From an uncultured Candidatus Micrarchaeota archaeon (lineage in GTDB: Archaea; Micrarchaeota; Micrarchaeia; Anstonellales; Bilamarchaeaceae), in NCBI GenBank assembly GCA_963714085.1, contig OY970229.1:800001-864000 (forward strand): 64,000 nt of DNA. Direction: 5' to 3'. Numbering within the stretch: the first letter of the stretch is position 1; every line of letters starts with the position of its first letter. Shown piece by piece: positions 1 through 10,196 of this stretch. Position numbers and translations under genes: made by a program. Under the pieces are notes generated by a model. The model had not been told where the DNA came from and ran no database searches. It saw only the letters and a program-made list of their open reading frames with translations.

Positions 1-237
1 AAGAACGGCATGAAAGTCGTCGCTGAGCAGGGTTTCCGTTCCAACACGATCACGGCCCTCTGGACCGACAAGGCGAAGGACATGAAGAAGCAGATGCGCG
101 AGAAGTACGACATAGAGATAGCGACCGGGATGGGCGAGACGAAGGAGAAAATGATACGCATCTGCCACATCGGCAACTTCACGCAGCAGGAACTCGAGCT
201 CGTGCTGGAAAAGGTGGCGGAGCTGAACGGAAAGTAG
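1..237 (+). CDS. Class V PLP aminotransferase (serine-pyruvate/alanine-glyoxylate type), C-terminal fragment
   Basis: 5'-truncated ORF; C-terminal pattern RSNTITA...IATGMG...MIRICHIG typical of class V aminotransferases. Confidence 0.75.
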   Translation, partial: KNGMKVVAEQGFRSNTITALWTDKAKDMKKQMREKYDIEIATGMGETKEKMIRICHIGNFTQQELELVLEKVAELNGK

Positions 238-272
238 TGGTTTTTTAACAGCTTCCATGTATATATTTAACC

Positions 273-1955
273 ATGCCAAAAAGCAGGCAGCGCGAGCGGA
301 CGGCACCTAGGACTCTGACCGAAGACCGATTCAGGAAGATAGACCATCTCACCGAAAGGCTCAGCATGGCTTCGGAAAAGCAGATGCACGAGAGGTGCGG
401 CACGCTGCTCCTGCGCGAGGTTTTACTGGAAATAGAACGGGAATCGTCCGGGGTCGGGCTTTCGCTTAAGGCCGTTACCCCCATGCCCAAGACCCAGGAA
501 CTGGAGACCCTTCTGATAGCGCTCATGCTTGAGCGGGAACTTTACGCCTCCGGGTCGATAAAGGAGCTGGGGATACTCAGGAAGGTGGGTCACGGTTTCG
601 CGGTGGACGGCTTGCAGAGCATGATAAGCGGGGCTGAGTCCCTGAGAACATTGATAGTGACAGATGCCAAGCTTTGCGCTTATTTCACGCACGTCCTCGA
701 CCTCGGGAAGATATCGGAACATTGCCACGAACTCGGACTGGACAGCTCCGAAGACACGGACAGATGGAACCGCAGGGTTCTCAGGGTGGGCGGCTCGTCT
801 TCACAGTGGGGATTCACCGTGGGGCAGATTTATGCCAGCTTCGAGCACTCCCTTTTCGGGAAAGCGACCCAGGAAAGTTTCGACGAGTCGCTGACAAGAT
901 TCATCGAGTTCGTGTGCCTCCTTGATTACAAGCCCGGGTGGGCGGTAGGCACCTCCTTGGTGAGGATAAACGACTACCAACCGCTCTACAAAATCCTGAC
1001 CCCGGGGATGTTCGGCAGCACGATGAGCAACCTCCTGGAAACGGCATACACGAGCGCCATCGAGGGAAAACTAGATTCCACCAAACAATTCCACGAGTCC
1101 AGAAGATCTGAAACCGAGAGGCGGTATGGGGGGAGGGGCCGTGACCAGAGGACGTTCGTGATAGATCGGGAGTTCACACCCCTGCATGTCAGATATGTCA
1201 CGATAAAGGAGGATTCCAAATGCATTGCCGTCGGATTCGATTGCGGCCTTGATTTCGAGAGGCTGGAAAGGTTCCTCGGCGAGAGGGGCTTCAGGGTCGT
1301 GCGCGAAAGCGGTCTGGCGTGCAACAGCCAGATTGCCAACAAGGGGACGCGTTTTGACATCCGGAAAAGATTCAGCCACGTGGATAAGCGCACCGTGCAG
1401 GACGAAGACGGCAATGAGATAGTGGTTTTCAGGGGCGCGAACCAGGCGCTGGTGTTCCCGAAAAACGCTGACGCCATGAAAAAGGCGGGGCTCGTACTGA
1501 ATACGCTGTACAACAACATGCTGTTCTGCACCCCGATATTGAGGGATGCGGAATATGGCGACTCGGGGCTCTCGGCAGAGGAAAGGGCGGTCATCGGGTC
1601 GTTTGACACGCTAGTGACACTGTACAGATTCTTCCTCGAACCGGTAGACGGGAGAATCTTCCGGGAAAGGCTCGAGAGAGGAGACAATGCCGGGCTGAGA
1701 AGTCCCCTTGAGAGCGTCATGTCCATGCTACAGGACGTGGCAGGCGGGTTCGAGGATAGGGTGCTGCATGTGCTTTCCGCGATGGATGCGCGGATTAACC
1801 CCGCGAAGTTCATCGAACTGTACGGTGCCGGGGCCGAAACGCAGGAAAAGGCTGGCAGGTACTATGCGAGACTGAGACTTCTTCTCGAACAATTTGGCCA
1901 GCTTGTCGGCTCTCCCGCGGCAACAGACGCGGAAGACGCACACACACTTAAATAG
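273..1955 (+). CDS. Hypothetical protein (560 aa)
   Basis: Long ORF preceded by AT-rich TATA-like tract; no recognised motif. Confidence 0.7.
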   Translation: MPKSRQRERTAPRTLTEDRFRKIDHLTERLSMASEKQMHERCGTLLLREVLLEIERESSGVGLSLKAVTPMPKTQELETLLIALMLERELYASGSIKELGILRKVGHGFAVDGLQSMISGAESLRTLIVTDAKLCAYFTHVLDLGKISEHCHELGLDSSEDTDRWNRRVLRVGGSSSQWGFTVGQIYASFEHSLFGKATQESFDESLTRFIEFVCLLDYKPGWAVGTSLVRINDYQPLYKILTPGMFGSTMSNLLETAYTSAIEGKLDSTKQFHESRRSETERRYGGRGRDQRTFVIDREFTPLHVRYVTIKEDSKCIAVGFDCGLDFERLERFLGERGFRVVRESGLACNSQIANKGTRFDIRKRFSHVDKRTVQDEDGNEIVVFRGANQALVFPKNADAMKKAGLVLNTLYNNMLFCTPILRDAEYGDSGLSAEERAVIGSFDTLVTLYRFFLEPVDGRIFRERLERGDNAGLRSPLESVMSMLQDVAGGFEDRVLHVLSAMDARINPAKFIELYGAGAETQEKAGRYYARLRLLLEQFGQLVGSPAATDAEDAHTLK

Positions 1956-1995
1956 TTAAGCGTGGATATAATGCCGAAATCACAAGGGTGCCTTC

Positions 1996-3141
1996 ATGCA
2001 GTCAGCGCCGCCGTCGCTCAACAAGCTTGTTTCGCTCAGTTTCGATGAAAGCCCCAAGGTCAGGAAGGAGGCCGCCAAATCGCTCGGCGCGCTGGACGAC
2101 CCGGCGGCGCTTTTCGCACTGGTGGAGCTCAGCTATGACAAGGACCCTTCGGTGAAGACGATCGCACAGGACATACTGGACCAGAAAAAGAGGAGCGAGA
2201 AGGAGGTCATGTCCTTCGCTGAGATGTTTTCCAGCGGCAAGAAGGAGGAGGGCGACGGCGCCCAGCCCATGGAGACCAAGGAGAAGGTGCTCCAGCCCAT
2301 AACCATGCTGTTCGAGAAGAAGCTGGGCAAGGAGAAGGCCGACCGCGTGAGGCAGAAGATGATGCCCGCCATAGAGAAGATATACATGAAGACGGTCGAG
2401 GACCGCGAGAGGGAGCCGACCGAGGAATCCGGCAGGCAGGCCATGCAGGAGTTCCTGACGTCCTATCTCGAGGCGGTCTCCGACGTCGGCGAGATGGCGC
2501 CGGCACGGACGCAGGAGAAGGTGGAGACGGACGAGCTCAAGGTGCGCGAGGAGCTGGCGGACGATCTGGGCGAGGTGGCGACCAAGGAGAGGCAGTTCGA
2601 GATGGTCGCCAGGGAGGTCGGTGAGATAGAGGCCGCTGACGAAGTGGCGGAGAGAAAGCAGGATGTGACGGTGGAAAAGCTGCCGGACACGGTCTTCAAG
2701 AAGGCCTACGAGGCCATGATGCTCTCGGAAGGCGATGACGAGATAATGAAGCACGAGATGGAGCGCGCCATCAAGAACGCGAAGCACGATGTCAAGCTGG
2801 CCTACACGCTGGCCAGGAAGAGGTTCAAGGAGACCGACATCACACATATCACGAAGATAAGGAATGGCATGCGCAACGTGAACACCGAGGACCTGGTCAT
2901 CAAGGAAGCGGAGACCATGGAGTACGACAAGAGCAAGAAGGTGAAGGACACTGTCACGCGCATGGTGGTGAACGACGAGGAAGGGAACGAGGGCGTGGTG
3001 TACCTCTTCGAAGGCAGGGGCGGCCAGGTGAAGCCCGGCCAGAAGATACGCATAGTGAGGGGTTATGTCAAGACATTCGACTTCTCAGGTGAGACCGCGC
3101 TCACCATCAGCAAAAAGGGCAATGTTTATATTGTTTTGTAG
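1996..3141 (+). CDS. HEAT-repeat protein with C-terminal OB-fold (SSB/RPA-like) domain
   Basis: N-terminal DESPKVRKEAAKSLG/DKDPSVKTIA HEAT-like repeats; C-terminal NVN...VVNDEEGNEGVVYLFEG..GQVKPGQKIRIVRGYVKTF resembles SSB OB-fold. Confidence 0.7.
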   Translation: MQSAPPSLNKLVSLSFDESPKVRKEAAKSLGALDDPAALFALVELSYDKDPSVKTIAQDILDQKKRSEKEVMSFAEMFSSGKKEEGDGAQPMETKEKVLQPITMLFEKKLGKEKADRVRQKMMPAIEKIYMKTVEDREREPTEESGRQAMQEFLTSYLEAVSDVGEMAPARTQEKVETDELKVREELADDLGEVATKERQFEMVAREVGEIEAADEVAERKQDVTVEKLPDTVFKKAYEAMMLSEGDDEIMKHEMERAIKNAKHDVKLAYTLARKRFKETDITHITKIRNGMRNVNTEDLVIKEAETMEYDKSKKVKDTVTRMVVNDEEGNEGVVYLFEGRGGQVKPGQKIRIVRGYVKTFDFSGETALTISKKGNVYIVL

Positions 3142-3175
3142 ATATACTGATTCCACTAATTGAGTAGTGAACTTT

Positions 3176-3346
3176 ATGGAAGACCTGACGAAATACGAGC
3201 TCGCGCGCATAATCGGCGCCCGGGCACTGCAACTCGCTGCCGGAGCACCGCCGCTGGTAAAGGCCCAGGGGGACCTGAGCTTCATAAACGTGGCGGAGCT
3301 GGAACTCGACAAGAAGGTCCTTCCGCTATCCGTCATGAGGGGCTAG
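3176..3346 (+). CDS. rpoK: DNA-directed RNA polymerase subunit K (Rpo6/omega), 56 aa; not in ORF track
   Basis: Hand translation MEDLTKYELARIIGARALQLAAGAPPLV...ELELDKKVLPLSVMRG; signature TKYELARIIGARALQL. Confidence 0.95.
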   Translation: MEDLTKYELARIIGARALQLAAGAPPLVKAQGDLSFINVAELELDKKVLPLSVMRG

Positions 3347-3992
3347 GGCTCATAGGGAGCCCGTCCGTGAGCACGATCTCATAGTTCTGGCCGACTTCCC
3401 TCAGGAGTATCCTTTTGTCCGCGTCCACCCAGTCCATGGCCACGTCGCCCTGGCTCGATTGCATCTTGACCACGTATGCCTCCCTTCCCTCGTAGTATTC
3501 CTCCCTGACCACGGTGTAGTTGGTGTCCACGATGTGCTGCGCCCAGGAATCGAACATCATGTAGTTTGAGACGTTCCAGCTCCATCCGTCTTGCAGCGCG
3601 AGCATCCATGGCCGGGTCAGGATTATGGCTGGCACTCCGTAGCTGGCGTTCTGTCCTGTGGCGTCGTTCCCCCACTCGTCCAGGCACACGGACGCGTCCT
3701 GCTGGCCCCCGCCAAGTAGCTGCACCACGGTGCAGTTGCCGCCGTAGAGGACGATATAGGTGAGGTTGTCCGAGGTATTCCCCATGGTGTACATGTACGT
3801 GTATATCTCGCCGGGCAGTATCTGCAGGTTCACGTTCTTCACAAGCGGCGCTTCGTTGGCTGTGAATTGCGGGTTCTCAATCTGCGGCCTGAATACAAGA
3901 GCCACGAATCCCAGTATGAGGATCATTATCAGGACGGAGCCTACGAGCCTCCAGTCCGTGGGATTGAAACTAGGGATCTTGAATTCTGGCAT
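3333..3992 (-). CDS. Membrane-anchored hypothetical protein
   Basis: N-terminal hydrophobic helix followed by beta-rich domain. Confidence 0.7.
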   Translation of the reverse strand: MPEFKIPSFNPTDWRLVGSVLIMILILGFVALVFRPQIENPQFTANEAPLVKNVNLQILPGEIYTYMYTMGNTSDNLTYIVLYGGNCTVVQLLGGGQQDASVCLDEWGNDATGQNASYGVPAIILTRPWMLALQDGWSWNVSNYMMFDSWAQHIVDTNYTVVREEYYEGREAYVVKMQSSQGDVAMDWVDADKRILLREVGQNYEIVLTDGLPMSPSPS

Positions 3993-3998
3993 TCGTCC

Positions 3999-4514
3999 TC
4001 ACTGCTTCTTGGCGATCTCGCCGTATTTCGCGTAGGGCTTGGACGTCTGGCTCCTGAGCTCCTCGAAGAGTATCTGTGATATCCTCATGCCCGCGGTCAG
4101 GACGACTGGGAACGGCGCCAGGTTGACAATCTCCAGTATCTGGTGGTTGTCGCTCCCTGGCTGGACCACGGCTGCGGTGATGTGGATTATGAGCCCCATG
4201 CGCGCGTAGCGCGACCTTCCCTCGAGCTTGCCCACCAGGTTCGCCGGGACCGTGACCTTCTCCACGGTCTTCCCCAGGCACATCTCCCCGGGCTTCAGCT
4301 CTATCCTGGCCGCCTTCCTCATCTCGTAGGCCTCGGTGAAGGGCGTCTTCGAGAGGTCCACGGGCCTGCCCAGGTATTTGCTCTTGAAGAAATACCACTC
4401 GTCGCTGAGCGTGAGGTCGACGGACGCCGGCCCTATCTGGGCGTCCTCCAGCGGCTCGATCTTTATCATACCTTTCTTCAGGTACTCCCTTATGTCGACA
4501 TCTGAAAACGTCAT
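3999..4514 (-). CDS. dcd: dCTP deaminase
   Basis: QIGPASVDLTL, LEGRSRYARMGL, GMRISQILF; start reassigned to ATG at 4514 (MTFSDVDI). Confidence 0.93.
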   Translation of the reverse strand: MTFSDVDIREYLKKGMIKIEPLEDAQIGPASVDLTLSDEWYFFKSKYLGRPVDLSKTPFTEAYEMRKAARIELKPGEMCLGKTVEKVTVPANLVGKLEGRSRYARMGLIIHITAAVVQPGSDNHQILEIVNLAPFPVVLTAGMRISQILFEELRSQTSKPYAKYGEIAKKQ

Positions 4515-4566
4515 GGGCTTATTTCTTAGCCATGATTTAAAATCACTTCCCGACGACCTTACACCC

Positions 4567-5574
4567 ATGCTCGAGGGACTCAAGCCGCTGGCGCAGCGCA
4601 TCCGGGAGGCCAGGGAACGGCTCGCGGAGAACGCCGCGGAGATAAGGAAGGACGACGGCCCGCTGCCCGGGCTGGACGAGGGAAGGCTCGTGATCCCAAT
4701 GACGAAGGCCCGGGCTGACATCTCGGTGTGCGCGGTGGATGGCGGGCTTCTCGCCGACAGGTTCGTGGGCTCCGACATCCTGGTGCGGCGCTCGGTCGCC
4801 GTGTCCTTCACCTATGAAGGAGGCAAACTGGTCTCTGTCGAGCACCACCCGAAGAAGTTCCCTGAGAACGAGGTGGATTTCCGCAACAACCTGGACGAGC
4901 ATGAGGCCCTGGTCTTCCGCTCGCTGTTCAGGTTGAGAGGGGAGATCAGCACTGCGGCGGAAGCCCTGGACAGGTTCAGGCCGGATTATCTGCTATTGGA
5001 CGGGTCGCTCATGCCTTTGGCATCCGACAGGCCGGCCGAGGGCTCGGCATTGCGCGAGGAGTACGACTCGCTGCTCGCTTCCTATAAAAAACTATACGAG
5101 AAGTGCGGCTCGCTCGACTGCCAACTGGTCGGAGTGGTAAAGGACAGCAGGGGGAAGCGGCTGGCCGAGATTTTGAAGGGTCGGCTGCTCTCAGACGTGC
5201 CCGACGCCGTGCTCGCCGACGCGCTCCTTAAAGAAGGCGAGCGCACCTCCGCCATGGCCCATGCCAGCGATTCCCAGAAGGGCCTTGGCGAATGGGGAAT
5301 CAGGATGAAGCTGTTCTACATGAAGCCCTCCGGCGGGGACATGCCGCTGCGCATCGAGTTCATGGCGCAGAAGAGGAGCGCCACGGACGTCTCATCTGCC
5401 ATCTACGCGCTCTCGTCCATAAGCAGGGCGTTCGCCTATCCTGCTGCGCTAATAGAGGCGGACATGTGCGCTGCGCTCGGGCCTCTGGAGATGGACAAGA
5501 TCAAGCGCTCGCTTTTCGCGCTGACCGGAGGCGCTGCCAGGCCCCTGCGCAGGGCGGAGAGACCTTTCAGATGA
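4567..5574 (+). CDS. nurA: DNA double-strand break repair nuclease NurA
   Basis: AVDGG, LLLDGSL, VGVVKDS, YPAALIEAD motifs; start approximate. Confidence 0.88.
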   Translation: MLEGLKPLAQRIREARERLAENAAEIRKDDGPLPGLDEGRLVIPMTKARADISVCAVDGGLLADRFVGSDILVRRSVAVSFTYEGGKLVSVEHHPKKFPENEVDFRNNLDEHEALVFRSLFRLRGEISTAAEALDRFRPDYLLLDGSLMPLASDRPAEGSALREEYDSLLASYKKLYEKCGSLDCQLVGVVKDSRGKRLAEILKGRLLSDVPDAVLADALLKEGERTSAMAHASDSQKGLGEWGIRMKLFYMKPSGGDMPLRIEFMAQKRSATDVSSAIYALSSISRAFAYPAALIEADMCAALGPLEMDKIKRSLFALTGGAARPLRRAERPFR

Positions 5575-5624
5575 GTACACATAGTTTTATAAAATATAAC
5601 AAACAAAGTGATATATCGGTATCT

Positions 5625-6458
5625 ATGGCCGGCATTCGAAGGCTCAGTTTCAGAGAAGGATTTGCGAAGCCGCTAGCCGGAGCCGCGCTCTTGTTCTCAC
5701 TCGCCATGCCGCTGCGAGCGTACGGGCGTGCATCAAATGATTTCTCGGGTTCCAAGACTCCGAATGCGCTGCGGGATATGATAACTCCCATGCTTGATCG
5801 CGCGCCCGAAGGCGAGCTGGTGGCGAAACCGGATAGAGGCCAGCCGAGGTGCACTGTCAATGATGGGAGCGTGGAATACTCGACACCGAAGGGCCTCAAG
5901 ACAGTGCCGCTTATGCTTGCGAAAGGGGAGAAGGTCCTGGCCACCGCGTGCATCCAGGATAGGGCGTTCGTGCTGACAGACAGGCGCCTATACGCCACGA
6001 CATCGATGGATGAGGAGAGCGGCGTGATGAAGGTGCTGGCTGGCACCATTTGGTTCGATATATCCGAAGCGTACGAGAAGGGCATCGTCGCGTGGGCGCA
6101 CTCATATGATACCTGTTATATACTCACCAAAGACGGGAAATTGGCTCCGATATTCGTGGATGAGACAGAAAAGAACCAGGGGAGAACGGTGTATACGATG
6201 CCATTCCCGGTAGATGGCGCCAAGATGGCCGAATTCAAAGGCTGGGTTTTCCTAGCGGTCGATGACGAGAACGTCATGGCGTTCAGATTCAATGAGAAAG
6301 CAGACCACAAATCTTTGCTTATCAACGCGTACCGTGGAGCGGAGTTCACGATAAAGAATGGCCGACTTTTTTATGGAGGAAAAGAAGGGATAACTGAAAT
6401 AAAAGTTGAAAAGGGAAGGATTGTCTACCAATTGGGTGGTCCCAAAGTAGACCGCTAG
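5625..6458 (+). CDS. Hypothetical protein with hydrophobic N-terminal segment, beta-rich
   Basis: TATA (TTTATAAA ~5587) upstream of ATG 5625. Confidence 0.65.
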   Translation: MAGIRRLSFREGFAKPLAGAALLFSLAMPLRAYGRASNDFSGSKTPNALRDMITPMLDRAPEGELVAKPDRGQPRCTVNDGSVEYSTPKGLKTVPLMLAKGEKVLATACIQDRAFVLTDRRLYATTSMDEESGVMKVLAGTIWFDISEAYEKGIVAWAHSYDTCYILTKDGKLAPIFVDETEKNQGRTVYTMPFPVDGAKMAEFKGWVFLAVDDENVMAFRFNEKADHKSLLINAYRGAEFTIKNGRLFYGGKEGITEIKVEKGRIVYQLGGPKVDR

Positions 6459-7132
6459 ATTCTCCTCGGCTTCTTTACAGTCACTGCCTCCGGATTCTCG
6501 GAAAAGTTGTCCTGGTAGTTCTTTATAAAGTCGGCTTTTGAAACTTCGAGTGCAGCACCGGTTGGACGGATTTCAGTGACCTGTCCTATACTGTCTGCAT
6601 TCTTCAGAAGGTCTGAAAGCTGCTCTTTGCGTATCTCGCTCGGGTGGGTAATCCGCAGGGTGGTGCCAGGAGTGTCTGGAAGCGCTTCCTTGCGGCCTTC
6701 GGTCTTCCCGAGAATCAGGGGTGACGCTGCATTGGACGGATTGAGCTGCACGACGTAAGAATGCACACCGATCTGGACCTCGCATGAGTACCCGGCCAGC
6801 GGACCCGCGTCTTTCTCGCTTGTGACGGGTTTTATAGGCCCTTTGAATTTGAAGTCCAGCAGTGTTTCAGTGGGATGGCTCTTGAAATCAGCCAACACTA
6901 TGGCCACTTTGTTCACGTCGTCAGTTCGTATATTCCGACCGAATACGCTGCCAGTGTCTATATTGGTGGGTTTACCTTTGTGGGATAGACGCTCTGCATT
7001 GGCTCGATTTGCAGTGGCGATTACCTCAAGGGCCTCGCCAGCCTTATACCCATCGCGCTTGAGCTGATCGAATATCTTGTCTTCTAGAATACGAATCGGC
7101 GGAACTTTTTCTGTTTTCTGTGCTTCTGTCAT
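6455..7132 (-). CDS. Hypothetical protein (225 aa)
   Basis: ORF with GGTGA SD-like site upstream. Confidence 0.65.
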   Translation of the reverse strand: MTEAQKTEKVPPIRILEDKIFDQLKRDGYKAGEALEVIATANRANAERLSHKGKPTNIDTGSVFGRNIRTDDVNKVAIVLADFKSHPTETLLDFKFKGPIKPVTSEKDAGPLAGYSCEVQIGVHSYVVQLNPSNAASPLILGKTEGRKEALPDTPGTTLRITHPSEIRKEQLSDLLKNADSIGQVTEIRPTGAALEVSKADFIKNYQDNFSENPEAVTVKKPRRI

Positions 7133-7343
7133 TCATCTCACCCCACATTTTTTTTCCACAAATATTCATATTATAACATATATGATAGGTAGAAAAGTCT
7201 TATAAACGCTGAGGCTGCGGTCTGAGCGGTGGGATGCGCGCCAAAACCCGCTGCGAGCCCATTGCCGCCGCGGGGATAAATGCTTTTATTGCCCGCACGT
7301 ATACTAATATCGTTCCGGTTACGCCGGAAAGGAGGATACTGGG

Positions 7344-8282
7344 ATGAGACTGGTTTTGCTTGCTTTGGCCGGTGTCTGCCTCATGCCGCTTGCCTTCGCA
7401 GGCACGTGCCCGATAAATTCGAGCACGAACGTCGTGATATACGGGCAGACCGGTGCAGGAGGAGTAGGACCAGTTAGCCTGCTGTGGATGAAGAGTTTCT
7501 TCGACTGGTGGAAATCGCAGGACCCGTCGCTCAACTATACGGTTTTGAGCGCTGCGAACATCAAGAGCGACTGCCAGCTGATGGATTATCCGAACCTGAA
7601 GCTCTACGTGCAGCCGGGCGGGACCGCCTACGACCAGCAGAAAGAGCTCGGCCCGGCCGGAAAGAGCAATATCCTGGGGTTCATAAACAGCGGCAAAGCG
7701 TACTATGGCGTGTGCGCCGGATTCTATTATGCCGCAACGGATTATTACTGGGAGGGCGCGTATTCCAATCCGCCTTACCTGCTGGGGAAGTTCCCGACCG
7801 TCGAGGGCTCGATAACGACCATCGCCGATTACGATGTGCCCCCAGGCTACACCATGACGAGCCTCAGCAACGGCAACAACGTCGTATATTCCGGCGGCCC
7901 GACAAGGGGCTGGAATCAAACGCCTTCGGCTTTCCCGGGGACAGAGGTGGCTTATTTCACGGCTATCCCGGGGCAGCTTCCGGCAATAATAATCGATGGC
8001 AACATGCTCTTGGCTACCGTGCACCTGGAAGCCTATGAGAACGACGGCATAACCGGCCTCACCACCGAGGAGAGGACCGAAAACTACAAGTGGCTCGCGA
8101 ACATGCTCAACACGGTCGCGAACACCAGCTTCTACGTCCCGCCCTATTCGCAGCCGGACAACCAGGCAGATCAGTCGGACGGGGACTTCTCCGAGCGTCT
8201 CTTCTTTGATTATTTCGGAAACCTGGACGTATGGAATCCTGGCAAGCAGACCTGGGCTGATGCGGCATACGCCAACAGCTAG
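7344..8282 (+). CDS. Secreted BPL-N / class I glutamine amidotransferase-like domain protein
   Basis: Signal peptide; YVQPGG, YYGVCAGFYYA nucleophile elbow, VHLE. Confidence 0.75.
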   Translation: MRLVLLALAGVCLMPLAFAGTCPINSSTNVVIYGQTGAGGVGPVSLLWMKSFFDWWKSQDPSLNYTVLSAANIKSDCQLMDYPNLKLYVQPGGTAYDQQKELGPAGKSNILGFINSGKAYYGVCAGFYYAATDYYWEGAYSNPPYLLGKFPTVEGSITTIADYDVPPGYTMTSLSNGNNVVYSGGPTRGWNQTPSAFPGTEVAYFTAIPGQLPAIIIDGNMLLATVHLEAYENDGITGLTTEERTENYKWLANMLNTVANTSFYVPPYSQPDNQADQSDGDFSERLFFDYFGNLDVWNPGKQTWADAAYANS

Positions 8283-8297
8283 TATGCGCTGTTACGG

Positions 8298-8888
8298 CTA
8301 GGAACGCCAGGAGGGAGCTGGATTTTTCCCTTGCCATGCTCTGATTATCTCGAGGAGATGCGGGTATTCGGTGAATCCCGACCCCTCGTTGATATGGCCT
8401 GCTCCGTGCTCTACCACGAGTTCGGCGCCGAGGAGCTTTTCCATCCTCTTGGCTTCCTCAAGCTTTATGTAAGGGTCGTTGTCCGAGTTTATGATTATGA
8501 TTTTGGCCGCTTTCTTCTTTATCTTCTCCCAGTCGAAATCTTTATCGACGAAGTTGCGGATCTCAGGTATTCCGAGGTCTTTTGCGAAACCCGCGACCAG
8601 GATTATGCATGCGGCCCGCTCCTTGTCATCGAAAGTCTCGAGCAGCCTCAGTATGGCCGGGCAGCCGAGGCTGTGACCGACAAGGACCCAATCGTCTTTC
8701 GGGTCGAAGCGAGGGACGAGTTTGCGGGCGGTGGCGAGCCATTCCCCGAGTTTCGGGTTCTCCGAGTCCGGGAAATCAGGGGTCAGGACCGTGGATGCCA
8801 TGCCTGATGCCAGAAGCTGCTCCCCAAGCCATCCGCTCCAGCAGCTTTTCCCATTCGCCCCCCAGCAATGGAAAAGGAAGAATTTCAT
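8298..8888 (-). CDS. RBBP9/YdeN-family alpha/beta hydrolase
   Basis: GHSLG, SDNDPY, GAGHIN catalytic triad motifs. Confidence 0.9.
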   Translation of the reverse strand: MKFFLFHCWGANGKSCWSGWLGEQLLASGMASTVLTPDFPDSENPKLGEWLATARKLVPRFDPKDDWVLVGHSLGCPAILRLLETFDDKERAACIILVAGFAKDLGIPEIRNFVDKDFDWEKIKKKAAKIIIINSDNDPYIKLEEAKRMEKLLGAELVVEHGAGHINEGSGFTEYPHLLEIIRAWQGKNPAPSWRS

Positions 8889-8892
8889 GCCA

Positions 8893-9243
8893 TCACAGCA
8901 GCTTCAGCTTTCCGAGGACCGAATCGATTTCGCCTTCTTCCCATGGGCCTGCTGCGAAGCAGGTGATGGTGCCGGGCTCCACCTGGGTGTGGCCTGCGTC
9001 TCGGATGAGCTCGCAGGGTATGCCAGCTGCTTTCGCTTTTTGGAAATAATCAAGGAGCTCGCCTTCGCTCTGGACTTTCAGCACTATCTTCTTCTGGCCT
9101 TCCATCTCCCATGCATGCGCGATTTCCGGGTCCGCCTTCTGGACCTTCTTGTATGCGCTGAGCGAGGCGTGTGAGCTTTGAGCAGCTAGCTTACCTTTCC
9201 CCATGCCCAGATCGGCGCGCACCACGATGGCCTGTTTGTACAT
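8893..9243 (-). CDS. pth2: Peptidyl-tRNA hydrolase Pth2
   Basis: KQAIVVRADLGMGKGKLAAQSSHA, GQKKIVLKV, DAGHTQV. Confidence 0.96.
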   Translation of the reverse strand: MYKQAIVVRADLGMGKGKLAAQSSHASLSAYKKVQKADPEIAHAWEMEGQKKIVLKVQSEGELLDYFQKAKAAGIPCELIRDAGHTQVEPGTITCFAAGPWEEGEIDSVLGKLKLL

Positions 9244-9295
9244 GGAACAAGGATTGAATAAGAAAAGTTAAAAGAACGAGCAGTGGCTGCCATGC

Positions 9296-10048
9296 TCAGG
9301 ACTCCGGCCCTAACACAGCGAGACGGTGCTCCATTTGGTCAACAGCGCCATTTGGCACCAATGGCCTAAGCGGCCACCATCTGTGAGCCTTGCTGGCTTT
9401 GTCACAGAACATCTTGAGCGCCCTCCGGGCGATTTGCCAATCGTCTTGCTGGTCGCTATGCACCAGCATGTCCAGCATTGGCAGGGCGTCAGTGAATCCA
9501 CTGAAAACCGGCCCGACCCCTCCAGTGCCCTCCAGAAGCATGGTGTCGAAGGTGCTGTTGTCCATTCTTTGCACCGCGCATGACACCGACTCACGCACCT
9601 TGCCAAGGTCGAGTTCTCCGAGAGAGACGAGAACCTTTTGCGCCGTTCGCATGAACGGGGTTAACTCTCTCCTCAGGCCAGGATACCAATCCTCGGCCCT
9701 TTTGACTTTTCCAGCGAACAGTGTTAGCGCAGTTTTCGCGAGTTCCAGGTCAGTGGCCTCGGTGCTTTCCGCGAGGGCTTCGACAAAGACCAGGACAGGA
9801 GCGAAGCCGGATAACGCGGTTCTCGCCGACTGGGCGCCAGCAGCGAGCCGGTTGTCGAAATTTGCGCTGGCGATTCCTTCCGCTGCACTCTTTCCTGCTT
9901 CTGCAGGCTTTCCTTGCACTGCATCCCTTACCCGCTCTCTTGCGGCTAGGGACACCAAAGGCTCTGGCCGCCGGGGTCTCGGGCCCGGCTGACCATTGCC
10001 GTGTTCGCGTTTTCCGGATTTTTCAGCATTTTCCAAGACATTTACCAT
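9296..10048 (-). CDS. Hypothetical protein with two internal helical repeats
   Basis: SD GAGGTG upstream; GFAPVLVFVEAL...AKTALTLFAGKVKRAEDWYPGLR vs GFTDALPMLDML...ARRALKMFCDKASKAHRWWPLR. Confidence 0.7.
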   Translation of the reverse strand: MVNVLENAEKSGKREHGNGQPGPRPRRPEPLVSLAARERVRDAVQGKPAEAGKSAAEGIASANFDNRLAAGAQSARTALSGFAPVLVFVEALAESTEATDLELAKTALTLFAGKVKRAEDWYPGLRRELTPFMRTAQKVLVSLGELDLGKVRESVSCAVQRMDNSTFDTMLLEGTGGVGPVFSGFTDALPMLDMLVHSDQQDDWQIARRALKMFCDKASKAHRWWPLRPLVPNGAVDQMEHRLAVLGPES

Positions 10049-10196
10049 GTATGAACACCTCGTTGATTTTTTTTCCAGCCCAAAAGAGAAATATGGCGCC
10101 AGCTCTCTGGCGGGATTTTTTCCGGTTTTTCACCAGGCATCAAGCGGGTTTCTTTACTCCGCCCGCTTTTGCCCGGATTATTGCCGGAGCAAAAAA

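Noticed and set aside
3999..5574. Apparent long overlap between dcd and nurA
   Set aside because: Artefact of upstream start choice; with starts at 4514 and 4567 the genes are simply divergent
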